Shown here: in pieces, positions 1 through 7,183 of the stretch
Numbering within the stretch: the stretch's first letter is position 1
Layout: every line of letters starts with the position of its first letter
IMG/VR virus record: IMGVR_UViG_2698536476_000007
Origin: a virus
Taxonomy: Duplodnaviria > Heunggongvirae > Uroviricota > Caudoviricetes
Reading direction: 5' to 3' (one strand)
Length of the DNA: 26,878 nucleotides
The notes under the pieces: generated by a model
Told to the model about the DNA's origin: nothing
The model's database searches: none
Seen by the model: only the letters and a program-made list of their open reading frames with translations
Translations under genes and position numbers: made by a program

Positions 1-36
1 CGTGGCTTTCCGCCAACCAATCAGGAGGTGGCAACC

Positions 37-264
37 ATGCTGGGATACCGTTCGGTGAATGCAGCGGTGGAGCATCTTCGCGCACTGGAGAAAAAAGGCG
101 TCATCACGATAAAGCGTGGCGTGGCCCGGGGGATAACTCTTCATACCGCGGTGAAGGACGACGACAGCGAGGCGGTCGGGATTATCCGCGCACTGCTTGC
201 CGGTGAGGAAAACGCCAGGCTGCGTGCAGCCCACTGGTTACATGAGAGGGGCCTGAAAGTATGA
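37..264 (+). CDS. LexA-like winged-HTH DNA-binding protein, possibly 5'-truncated (frame is open from position 1)
   Basis: Motif [33 protein letters not shown] resembles the LexA N-terminal recognition helix and wing ([23 protein letters not shown]...SRGIRL). AGGAGG at 23-28 precedes ATG 37, but the HTH would normally need about 30 more N-terminal residues. Confidence 0.4.
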   Translation: MLGYRSVNAAVEHLRALEKKGVITIKRGVARGITLHTAVKDDDSEAVGIIRALLAGEENARLRAAHWLHERGLKV

Positions 265-650
265 AGCTGATCTTGCCTTTCCCTCCCAGCGTGAACACGT
301 ACTGGCGACACCCCAACAAAGGGGCGTTTGCTGGTAAGAGTCTGATAAGCGCAGCGGGGCGCAAATTCCAGAGCGCGGCGTGCGCAGCAATAGTTGAGCA
401 GTTACGTCGTCTGCCGAAACCAACGTCGGCACCTGCTTCAGTGGAGATCGTGTTGTTTCCTCCGGATAACCGGATCCGCGATCTGGACAACTATAACAAG
501 GCGCTGTTTGACGCCCTGACCCATGCGGGTGTGTGGGAAGACGACAGTCAGGTGAAAAGAATGCTGGTGGAGTGGGGACCGGTTATCCCGAAAGGGAAGG
601 TCGAGATCACTATCAGTAAGTACGAGAAAACGGCGGGTGCAGCCGCCTGA
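261..650 (+). CDS. rusA: Crossover junction endodeoxyribonuclease RusA (Holliday junction resolvase)
   Basis: 129 aa; '[13 protein letters not shown]' and '[28 protein letters not shown]' match the RusA family (LPWPPSNNRYY...RRRDLDN...K..FDALT.AG.W.DD.QV). Start overlaps the upstream stop. Confidence 0.9.
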   Translation: MKLILPFPPSVNTYWRHPNKGAFAGKSLISAAGRKFQSAACAAIVEQLRRLPKPTSAPASVEIVLFPPDNRIRDLDNYNKALFDALTHAGVWEDDSQVKRMLVEWGPVIPKGKVEITISKYEKTAGAAA

Positions 651-669
651 TCAAGAGGAGAAACGAAGT

Positions 670-1479
670 ATGAATAATCTGATGGTCATTGATGGTATTG
701 AAGTTCGTCGTGATGCTTATGGGCGTTACAGCCTGAACGATCTGCATCGCGCAGCAGTAGCATCTGGTGCAAATGCCAGAACCAAGGAGCCGGGAAAGTT
801 TCTTTCCAGCCAACAAACTGTTGAGCTTGTTCATGAATTGACCAACACCCAGAATTTGGGTGTTGACCCGGTGAGTGTGATTCATGGGGGAAATGAACGG
901 GGAACGTATGTCTGCAAGGAACTGGTGTATGCCTATGCAATGTGGATCAGCCCGTCATTCCATCTGAAGGTGATCCGTACTTTCGATATGGTAACCAGCG
1001 CACCGGAAAAATTATCCGGACAGGCTGCTGACAAGATGCAGGCTGGCGTGATCCTGCTGGACTTTATGCGCCGGGAGTTAAACCTGTCTAACTCTTCAGT
1101 GCTTGGTGCCTGTCAGAAACTCCAGGAGGCTGTTGGCTTACCGAATCTGGCACCGCGCTATGCCATTGATGCTCCTGCTGATGCACACGATGGCTCAAGT
1201 CGCCCGACACTGTCACTGAGTGCACTGCTGAAACAGTATGGTATACGCCTGACGGCTAATCAGGCATATCACCAGATGGTGAAACTGGGGATCGTCGAGC
1301 AGCGCGAACGATACAGCCGTACAGCGATTAACAACATCAAAAAATTCTGGTCGCTGACAGCGAAAGGTTGCATGTTCGGCAAGAACATCACCAGTCCCGC
1401 AAATCCGCGCGAGACGCAGCCGCATTTCTTCGAATCCCGATTCCCTGAGCTGTTAAAGCTACTCGATACCGTTCATTGA
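670..1479 (+). CDS. KilA-N domain protein (antirepressor-like)
   Basis: N-terminus MNNLMVIDGIEVRRDAYGRYSLNDLHRAA is KilA-N/APSES-like. AGAGGAG RBS at 654-660 precedes ATG 670; the ORF track's 637 start is a GTG inside rusA. Confidence 0.6.
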   Translation: MNNLMVIDGIEVRRDAYGRYSLNDLHRAAVASGANARTKEPGKFLSSQQTVELVHELTNTQNLGVDPVSVIHGGNERGTYVCKELVYAYAMWISPSFHLKVIRTFDMVTSAPEKLSGQAADKMQAGVILLDFMRRELNLSNSSVLGACQKLQEAVGLPNLAPRYAIDAPADAHDGSSRPTLSLSALLKQYGIRLTANQAYHQMVKLGIVEQRERYSRTAINNIKKFWSLTAKGCMFGKNITSPANPRETQPHFFESRFPELLKLLDTVH

Positions 1480-1480
1480 G

Positions 1481-2476
1481 GTGACCGTGAGAGCACTACT
1501 GACCCCTGAAATTGCCCCGCGTATGGGGATCGTATTGTTCAGGCCAGGTTCAGAGCTGATGCCCCTGTTTATGCAGGGGCGTGTCCTGCTGGAGCCAGAG
1601 CCGGAACGTTATTCATCTTTCGCCAGTGGTGCCGTTCCGGCGGCAACACAACCGCTGGCGGATGATCCTGCCGTTCGGACCGTGTTCCGCAATGAGGCAG
1701 TGATCCGTCGTGCTGGTGGCGTGGAATGTCATGAAAGCTGGTTACTTCGTGAAAAGGGCTGTCAGTGGCCTCATTCTGACTGGCACAGCGAGAACATGAC
1801 CACAATGCGGCACGCTCCGGGAGCAATTCGTCTGTGCTGGCACTGCGATAACCAGCTGCGTGACCAGTTCACGGAACGGCTGGAATCAATGGCAACGGAT
1901 AACTGTGCCCGCTGGGTGTTGTCTGTCGTGCGTCGGGATCTCGGTTTTGATGACAGTCACGTTGTGACAATGCCGGAACTGTGCTGGTGGCTGGTTCGTA
2001 ATGATCTGGCGGATGCCTTACCGGAAAGTGCAGCCCGTAAGGCACTGAGATTACCGAAGCCTGTTGTGCCATCTGTCACCCGGGAAAGTGACCTTGTGCC
2101 TTCGGTTCCTGCCACCAGCATCATCCAGGATAAGGCGAAAAAGGTGCTGGCGCTGAAAGTGGATCCGGAGTCGCCGGAGTCTTTTATGTTACGCCCAAAA
2201 CGTCGCCGCTGGGTTAATGAAAAGTACACGCGCTGGGTTAAGACGCAGCCGTGTGCATGTTGTGGAAAGCCTGCTGATGATCCCCACCATCTGATAGGCC
2301 ACGGTCAGGGGGGAATGGGTACAAAAGCGCATGATCTCTTTGTGTTGCCTTTGTGCAGAAAGCATCACGACGAGCTGCATGCGGATACCGTGGCATTTGA
2401 AGAGAAGTATGGCTCCCAGCTGGAGTTGATATTTCGTTTTATCGATCGTGCGCTGGCAATTGGTGTGCTGGCCTGA
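1481..2476 (+). CDS. DUF968-family phage protein (YdfU-like) with C-terminal HNH-like Cys/His cluster
   Basis: C-terminal 'CACCGKPADDPHHLIGHG...LCRKHHDELH' is the conserved DUF968 Cys/His motif found in nin-region proteins of lambdoid prophages. GTG start; an alternative GTG at 1487 has a better-spaced GAGG. Confidence 0.6.
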   Translation: MTVRALLTPEIAPRMGIVLFRPGSELMPLFMQGRVLLEPEPERYSSFASGAVPAATQPLADDPAVRTVFRNEAVIRRAGGVECHESWLLREKGCQWPHSDWHSENMTTMRHAPGAIRLCWHCDNQLRDQFTERLESMATDNCARWVLSVVRRDLGFDDSHVVTMPELCWWLVRNDLADALPESAARKALRLPKPVVPSVTRESDLVPSVPATSIIQDKAKKVLALKVDPESPESFMLRPKRRRWVNEKYTRWVKTQPCACCGKPADDPHHLIGHGQGGMGTKAHDLFVLPLCRKHHDELHADTVAFEEKYGSQLELIFRFIDRALAIGVLA

Positions 2477-2493
2477 TTTTGTGGAGAAAGTTG

Positions 2494-2850
2494 ATGCGTG
2501 ATATGTATGAAGTAATGGATCGTTGGGGAGCTTGGGCTGCTTCAGACAATAGCGGAGTGGACTGGCAGCCGATAGCGGCTGGTTTCAAGGGACTTTTACC
2601 TCATGGCAAAAAGTCACGGATTCAGTGTGATGATGACGAAGGCATCATGATAGACAGTTGTGTGGCTCGGTTGAGAAGGTATAAACCAGAGGAATATGAG
2701 CTCATCATCGCCCACTTTGTTATCGGTATCTCATTACGCACTATTGCGAAGAAGAGAAAATGCTCTGATGGCACAATTAGGAAGGAACTGCAAACTGCAA
2801 TGGGGTTTGTTGACGGCTGTTTAGCAATGTTAGCTTATAGTATGGCATAA
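2494..2850 (+). CDS. Q: Late-gene antitermination protein Q (phage 82/21-type)
   Basis: 'VMDRWGAWAA...WQPIAAGFKGLLP...SRIQCDDDEG' matches the 82-type Q family (LERWGAWAA...IAAGFKGL...CCDDD). Sits immediately upstream of the lysis cassette. GGAG at 2483-2486 precedes ATG 2494. Confidence 0.75.
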   Translation: MRDMYEVMDRWGAWAASDNSGVDWQPIAAGFKGLLPHGKKSRIQCDDDEGIMIDSCVARLRRYKPEEYELIIAHFVIGISLRTIAKKRKCSDGTIRKELQTAMGFVDGCLAMLAYSMA

Positions 2851-4044
2851 AAAATAAAATAGATTTACTGCCGATTTTTCAAAAAAGACTGGGAACTGTT
2901 TATATCCAACGTAAATAAGGCCTCCATAAAACATGGCTGATGCGAGATATTTAACAGTTCTCATCCTTTTTTTAGCTTTATCAATCAAACCTGTAATGCT
3001 ACTCTTAATACTATCTGCATTATCTTTGATTTCTTTATTTTCTTCAAACTTTAAATACTTATCGAAAGCGGACTCCACTCGAGAACGTAAGTTGTCGAAT
3101 GTTTCATTGAATATCTCAATAGAAATGTAATTGACTTTTTTTATCATCCAAAGTCCTGCGATAATCAATATTGCTTCGGTTGTTTCATTAGCCTTCACTA
3201 AGCCACCAGCAGCTATTAATGCACCGGGAATAGTCAATGCTTTTGTCTGATTAGATGATATGAATTCGTTAATTTTACTCGTGAACTCAAGATTTTTCTC
3301 ATCGAGTTCGTTAAGAATTTTATTTACAGAAAACCTCTTTGTGTAAATCTCATATAGTTCATCATATTTTTTCCTGACGAGTTCAGTAGAGTTAAGCAAG
3401 TCAAAGAAATTGAACGTACCATTTGCTTTAAATACTTCGTTTATGGCTGAGCGTATAACGAGCTTGCGCTCGCTTTTGTGTAAATCATTGATTTTTATTG
3501 TGTCGAGAAGCTCCTTTATAATTTCATATTTAAGAGACGAGTTCGATAAGCGATTAATCTCGCTATATTGTAAAAAATGCGTGAGTTCGACTGTATAACT
3601 TTTGTCTTCATTGGTGAAAAATAAGACAGAGCAGTCACTGTTATGATGATCAGCAATTAATGAAAGGATATCTTTCCACATAAAGAAAATATGGATTTTT
3701 TCGATGCTTTCATTCTTAGAAGTAGGGAGTATTAACGGCGTTCCGATGATATAATTTTTCGGAAGAGCGTTTTGGGTGTTTACTCTAGACCAAAAAGACT
3801 CAACATTCTCATAAATTATAGCGTCATCCCAAGATGAAGCTTGGCGATCTAGCCAAATTTCATTATTTTCGATGCAGGTTGTTGCCTTTTTATAACCTAT
3901 AGATTGTAACAGTCTAATTATTTCAGAACTATTTACAATAACAATGCTTTCTTCAAGACTTATGACAGTGTAGTAGCCCTCAACTCTGCTTGAGGCTCCG
4001 TTAATAATCTGCGCTAATCTTGATAAGTCATCAGCAATTGTCAT
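2830..4044 (-). CDS. Hypothetical protein, 404 aa; soluble N-domain plus C-terminal hydrophobic helices; downstream gene of the AT-rich cargo operon (candidate effector)
   Basis: Uninterrupted 1.2 kb ORF in very AT-rich DNA, where long ORFs are unlikely by chance. Start ATG lies 2 nt after the upstream gene's TAA (translational coupling). Hydrophobic stretches LTIPGALIAAGGLV, AILIIAGLWMI and YLASAMFYGGLIYVGY near the C-terminus. No family recognised. Confidence 0.8.
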   Translation of the reverse strand: MTIADDLSRLAQIINGASSRVEGYYTVISLEESIVIVNSSEIIRLLQSIGYKKATTCIENNEIWLDRQASSWDDAIIYENVESFWSRVNTQNALPKNYIIGTPLILPTSKNESIEKIHIFFMWKDILSLIADHHNSDCSVLFFTNEDKSYTVELTHFLQYSEINRLSNSSLKYEIIKELLDTIKINDLHKSERKLVIRSAINEVFKANGTFNFFDLLNSTELVRKKYDELYEIYTKRFSVNKILNELDEKNLEFTSKINEFISSNQTKALTIPGALIAAGGLVKANETTEAILIIAGLWMIKKVNYISIEIFNETFDNLRSRVESAFDKYLKFEENKEIKDNADSIKSSITGLIDKAKKRMRTVKYLASAMFYGGLIYVGYKQFPVFFEKSAVNLFYFLCHTIS

Positions 4045-4046
4045 TA

Positions 4047-5222
4047 TTAGCTGTCTCTATATCTTTTGAGTTCATCATAATTTGCCTGACTCAATTTTAT
4101 CACAATTTCGCATTTGTTGTCAGTGAGAATTACAGGCTTATTTGACTTTTCGTCTCCAATAGCTCCACGCATTATTTTCAACTTAAAATTATTGTCGTTA
4201 TCTGCCACTTCAATTGTAAGCGCGCTTTCAGCTGCTTTAGGAGTTGGTTCAAATTGAGGGTCAATCTGGAAACCATTAAGATTAACAAAATCGACAAACG
4301 TTCCCTTACATTTGTGTGAATCAGTCAGGCATGAGTCAATTATTTTTGAAATATCCTCTATCTTAACGGACTTATTTCCGTGTTTATCTTTTGATTTTTT
4401 TTCCAGTAAGGATTTAACTTCATTGTCAATAGTATCACGCAGTACACGACCGAGTGAGTTTTTACTAGCAAAAATATCTATAGCACTGAATAATTGCTGA
4501 ATGCTTCTTTTATTGTCCGAATCATGTCGGCAACCTAATGAGTCTTTGAAAAAATCGCTTTTAGATTTACCTTGCAAGAAATGTACATATGAGTCACCCT
4601 TGTTTTCTGGATAACTGGCTTCGAATAAAGTTAAATCGAACATCGCAGCCTGCCGTAAGGCATCGGTATTAATTGGATTTAATCTTGTTGGGGTCAACTT
4701 ATCCGAATCAAAGTCATAGGCGCTTTGTTTATCAACCATTACGATTAGAAGTTTCCCCAAATCCTCTGGTTCGGTAGACTTATAGTGGATGAAAACAACG
4801 CTCCCCCCCTGAAGTTGGGCAACTCTCGATTCGTTATTAGCATTATGTTTAAGCTTCTCTATTATAGCTCTAGATAAATCAATGAATTCATTATTTTTAT
4901 TAATGTATTTTTTTAGGATCGTAGGAATGGATGAAGGGTTGTGATCTGAGTCTAGGAAGTTATGAAATTTGTTTTTTCGGCTAAATTTTTTCTCAATTCT
5001 GGTTATGAATTCAGATGTGACTTCATTTTTTAGATCCCAAACTTCACCTAATCGATAATCAAATGCTCTTGAATCATTTTTTTCAAGATTTGCTGTTACA
5101 GCACCAATAGGAAAGTACGATTGTTTGCCCAGCACTACAACATGAGGCGTGGCACCGCATTTATCGCAAGCTACAGTTGGGTCGTCAAGAACATTGCCAC
5201 ATTCTAAACAAGTTATATCCAT
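4047..5222 (-). CDS. Hypothetical protein, 391 aa; N-terminal CxxC-x10-CxxC zinc ribbon plus NdpA/YejK-like region; upstream gene of the cargo operon (candidate sensor/DNA binder)
   Basis: Long ORF in AT-rich DNA. N-terminus CLECGNVLDDPTVACDKCG. Central 'GGSVVFIHY...LLIVMV...NPINTDALRQAAMFDLTLFE...YVHFLQGKSKSDFF' parallels the NdpA motif series GGFVLFCHY...LLVAVL...DLTEWE...YLTFLKGRVGRKVADFF, as recalled from memory. Confidence 0.8.
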   Translation of the reverse strand: MDITCLECGNVLDDPTVACDKCGATPHVVVLGKQSYFPIGAVTANLEKNDSRAFDYRLGEVWDLKNEVTSEFITRIEKKFSRKNKFHNFLDSDHNPSSIPTILKKYINKNNEFIDLSRAIIEKLKHNANNESRVAQLQGGSVVFIHYKSTEPEDLGKLLIVMVDKQSAYDFDSDKLTPTRLNPINTDALRQAAMFDLTLFEASYPENKGDSYVHFLQGKSKSDFFKDSLGCRHDSDNKRSIQQLFSAIDIFASKNSLGRVLRDTIDNEVKSLLEKKSKDKHGNKSVKIEDISKIIDSCLTDSHKCKGTFVDFVNLNGFQIDPQFEPTPKAAESALTIEVADNDNNFKLKIMRGAIGDEKSNKPVILTDNKCEIVIKLSQANYDELKRYRDS

Positions 5223-5228
5223 TATATA

Positions 5229-5265
5229 TCCCGAATTATAAGAATGAATTTTTATGTGGCTGAAA
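5229..5265 (-). promoter_or_regulatory. Candidate promoter for the cargo operon (perfect TATAAT -10 on the - strand at 5235-5240)
   Basis: The - strand reads ...TTCAGCCACATAAAAATTCATTCT-TATAAT-TCGGGATATATA-ATG. Perfect -10 hexamer in an AT-rich, UP-like context; the -35 is weak (TTCAGC) and the leader is very short. Confidence 0.3.
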
Positions 5266-5341
5266 ATTCTATCAAAACACTAACGCGTACGCAAAAAGTA
5301 TTGTATTGTGTTAAGAGTGGTTACTTCGCCACACAGCTTAA

Positions 5342-5368
5342 ACCCGCCGTCGAGCGGGTTTTGTCGTT
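5342..5368 (+). terminator. Intrinsic terminator hairpin (ACCCGC-cgtcga-GCGGGT + TTTGTCGTTT), possibly tR'-like for a short Q-dependent leader RNA
   Basis: Perfect 6-bp GC-rich stem followed by a T-rich tract on the + strand, between the Q-proximal region and the holin gene. Confidence 0.5.
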
Positions 5369-5513
5369 TCTGGGCCTGGGGATTCGTTGGGCCTAGTCTA
5401 TCCCGCAGTTATCCATTGGCTCGGCTTCTTTGACGTTTCCGCTTCTGATTTGCGGTACATGATGTTTCCTCAATTTGCACCTGCTGTATCAGCGAGGTGA
5501 GAGATAACTACAA

Positions 5514-5840
5514 ATGCCTCATAACCCAAATACTTGGCTGGAGTTGGTCCAGAGCTGGTGGCGTGGAGACACACCGCTGGGCGCAGTGATTATGTCGATC
5601 GTTATGGCTGGCTTGCGCATTGCCTATTTTGGCGGTGGTGGTGGCTGGAAGAGAAAAACGCTCGAGATTTTGCTCTGTGGCGCTCTGACGCTGACCTTTG
5701 CATCCGCGCTTGAGTATGTCGGATGGCCTAAATCGCTTTCTGTTGCCATTGGTGGTGGCGTTGGGTTGATCGGTGTCGATGCTATTCGTGGGGCTGCAAT
5801 GAGAGTAATCGGTAACAAGTTTGGTGGCTCTAAGGAGTAA
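5514..5840 (+). CDS. S: Holin (lambda S-like, class I)
   Basis: 108 aa with hydrophobic helices; 'GAVIMSIVMAGLRIAYFGGGGGWKRKTLEILLCGALTL' resembles lambda S. Directly upstream of the R endolysin. Confidence 0.85.
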   Translation: MPHNPNTWLELVQSWWRGDTPLGAVIMSIVMAGLRIAYFGGGGGWKRKTLEILLCGALTLTFASALEYVGWPKSLSVAIGGGVGLIGVDAIRGAAMRVIGNKFGGSKE

Positions 5841-5843
5841 TTT

Positions 5844-6320
5844 ATGCAGGTACTAAATTCCCAGCGTAAAGCTTTCCTGGATATGGTGGCATGGTCAGAA
5901 GGAACGGATAACGGGCGACAACCGACACGTAACCACGGTTATGACGTTATTGTCGGTGGCGAACTCTTCACTGATTACTCCGATCACCCTCGCAAACTTG
6001 TCACGCTAAACCCGAAACTCAAATCAACAGCTGCAGGCCGTTATCAACTTCTTTCACGTTGGTGGGATGCTTACCGCAAGCAGCTTGGGCTGAAAGACTT
6101 CTCTCCCAGAAGCCAGGACTCAGTGGCATTACAGCAGATTAAAGAGCGTGGCGCTTTACCGATGATTGACCGCGGCGATATTCGTCAGGCAATCGACCGT
6201 TGCAGCAATATCTGGGCTTCACTGCCGGGCGCTGGTTATGGTCAGTTCGAGCATAAGGCTGACAGCCTGATTGCAAAATTCAAAGAAGCGGGCGGAACGG
6301 TCAGAGAGATTGAGGTATGA
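5844..6320 (+). CDS. R: Endolysin, lytic transglycosylase (lambda R)
   Basis: 158 aa, near-identical to lambda R across its length ([79 protein letters not shown]...). Confidence 0.95.
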   Translation: MQVLNSQRKAFLDMVAWSEGTDNGRQPTRNHGYDVIVGGELFTDYSDHPRKLVTLNPKLKSTAAGRYQLLSRWWDAYRKQLGLKDFSPRSQDSVALQQIKERGALPMIDRGDIRQAIDRCSNIWASLPGAGYGQFEHKADSLIAKFKEAGGTVREIEV

Positions 6321-6754
6321 GCAGAGTCACCGCGATTATCTCCGCTCTGGTTATCTGCATCATCGTCTGCCTGTCATGGGCTGTTAATCATTACCGTGAT
6401 AACGCCATGACCTACAAAGAGCAGCGCGATAAAGCCGCATCCATCATCGCTGATATGCAGAAGCGTCAACGTGATGTAGCAGAACTCGACGCCAGATACA
6501 CAAAGGAGCTTGCTGATGCTAACGCGACTATCGAAAGTCTCCGTGCTGATGTTTCTGCTGGTCGTAAGCGCCTGCAAGTCGCCGCCACCTGTGCAAAGTC
6601 AACGACCGGAGCCAGCAGCATGGGCGATGGAGAAAGCCCAAGACTTACAGCAGATGCTGAACTCAATTATTACCGTCTCAGAAGTGGAATCAACAGGATA
6701 ACCGCGCAGGTTAACTACCTGCAGGAATACATCAGGACGCAATGCCTGAAATGA
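6317..6754 (+). CDS. Rz: i-spanin Rz
   Basis: N-terminus [30 protein letters not shown] is essentially identical to lambda Rz; C-terminus 'QCLK'. Confidence 0.9.
   Translation: MSRVTAIISALVICIIVCLSWAVNHYRDNAMTYKEQRDKAASIIADMQKRQRDVAELDARYTKELADANATIESLRADVSAGRKRLQVAATCAKSTTGASSMGDGESPRLTADAELNYYRLRSGINRITAQVNYLQEYIRTQCLK
6516..6701 (+). CDS. Rz1: o-spanin Rz1 (lipoprotein), embedded in the +1 frame of Rz
   Basis: AAGGAG RBS at 6503-6508 precedes ATG 6516. Signal peptide [20 protein letters not shown] with lipobox Cys, then a proline-rich stretch ([13 protein letters not shown]) as in lambda Rz1. Confidence 0.75.
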   Translation: MLTRLSKVSVLMFLLVVSACKSPPPVQSQRPEPAAWAMEKAQDLQQMLNSIITVSEVESTG

Positions 6755-6789
6755 TCGGGCGATGAAAACCAAAAAAACAGGAGCAATAC

Positions 6790-7065
6790 ATGACTAAGCT
6801 TTATCACCGCATCTCAGCTTTTCTCTCTGGGTGCTGGGCGTTTATCACGTCTATTTCGTTCGTCATCTTTAGTTTCGGTAGCACAGCATGCTCGCTTAGT
6901 CGGGGTCTGTGGCGTGCTATTTCAGCACTAGCGCCGAAATTTTTACCTGAAAAGGTTGTTTGGCGAATTGTAGAGCGAATGTGTAGTGAGAGCGTTCGCG
7001 AGAAGATTAACGTATTTGGACGTCATCCTCGAAATACAGGCGCATTGTGCAGTTCGTTACTGTAG
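6790..7065 (+). CDS. Hypothetical small protein with hydrophobic N-terminal region (moron position downstream of Rz)
   Basis: CAGGAG RBS 8 nt upstream of the ATG; hydrophobic segment AFITSISFVIFSF; followed by a hairpin at 7074-7100. No family recognised. Confidence 0.4.
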   Translation: MTKLYHRISAFLSGCWAFITSISFVIFSFGSTACSLSRGLWRAISALAPKFLPEKVVWRIVERMCSESVREKINVFGRHPRNTGALCSSLL

Positions 7066-7073
7066 TCATTACA

Positions 7074-7100
7074 AAGCCCATCTTTGGGTTTGGTTTGTAA
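7074..7100 (+). terminator. Hairpin with trailing T-rich tract (possible weak terminator) downstream of the 6790-7065 ORF
   Basis: AAGCCCA-tctt-TGGGTTT stem (one G-T wobble) followed by GGTTTGTAATTT. Confidence 0.3.
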
Positions 7101-7183
7101 TTTCGCTGCTGCAATAATCACCAGAAATATGGCATTGTAATTGGTGGTCATATGTCATACCCATCAATTACAAAGGAGCAGAC

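Noticed and set aside
182-490. Minus-strand ORFs of 102 and 64 aa antisense to the LexA-like fragment and rusA
   Set aside because: They fully overlap well-supported + strand genes, lack RBS and recognisable motifs; typical spurious antisense ORFs.
2933-4500. Plus-strand ORFs (2933-3130, 3410-3598, 4312-4500) inside the AT-rich cassette
   Set aside because: Short, antisense to the long cassette ORFs and without RBS; the long - strand frames are the only ones that stay open across this AT-rich DNA.
5342-5368. Hairpin plus T-tract superficially reminiscent of lambda cosN-region sequence (GCGGGTTTTCGC...)
   Set aside because: The packaging genes here are HK97-like with an HNH endonuclease, and cos is expected next to terminase (about 8019-8086). 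The structure is a textbook intrinsic terminator and the similarity to lambda cos is short and probably coincidental.
2850-5513. Searched the Q-to-holin interval for stx toxin genes or tRNA genes, which are common cargo at this position
   Set aside because: No cloverleaf-like conserved tRNA motifs were seen and the two large ORFs show no resemblance to Stx A/B subunits.
5514-5840. Dual-start (holin/antiholin) motif as in lambda S (Met-Lys-Met)
   Set aside because: The N-terminus here is MPHNPNTW... with no second in-frame Met within the first few codons, so a lambda-style dual start cannot be asserted from the sequence.
7136-7180. Inverted repeat TGTAATTG ... CAATTACA upstream of the 83-aa moron, as a possible operator
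   Set aside because: Arms are short (8 bp) and widely spaced (29 bp) in AT-rich DNA where such matches arise easily; noted but not callable without comparative data.
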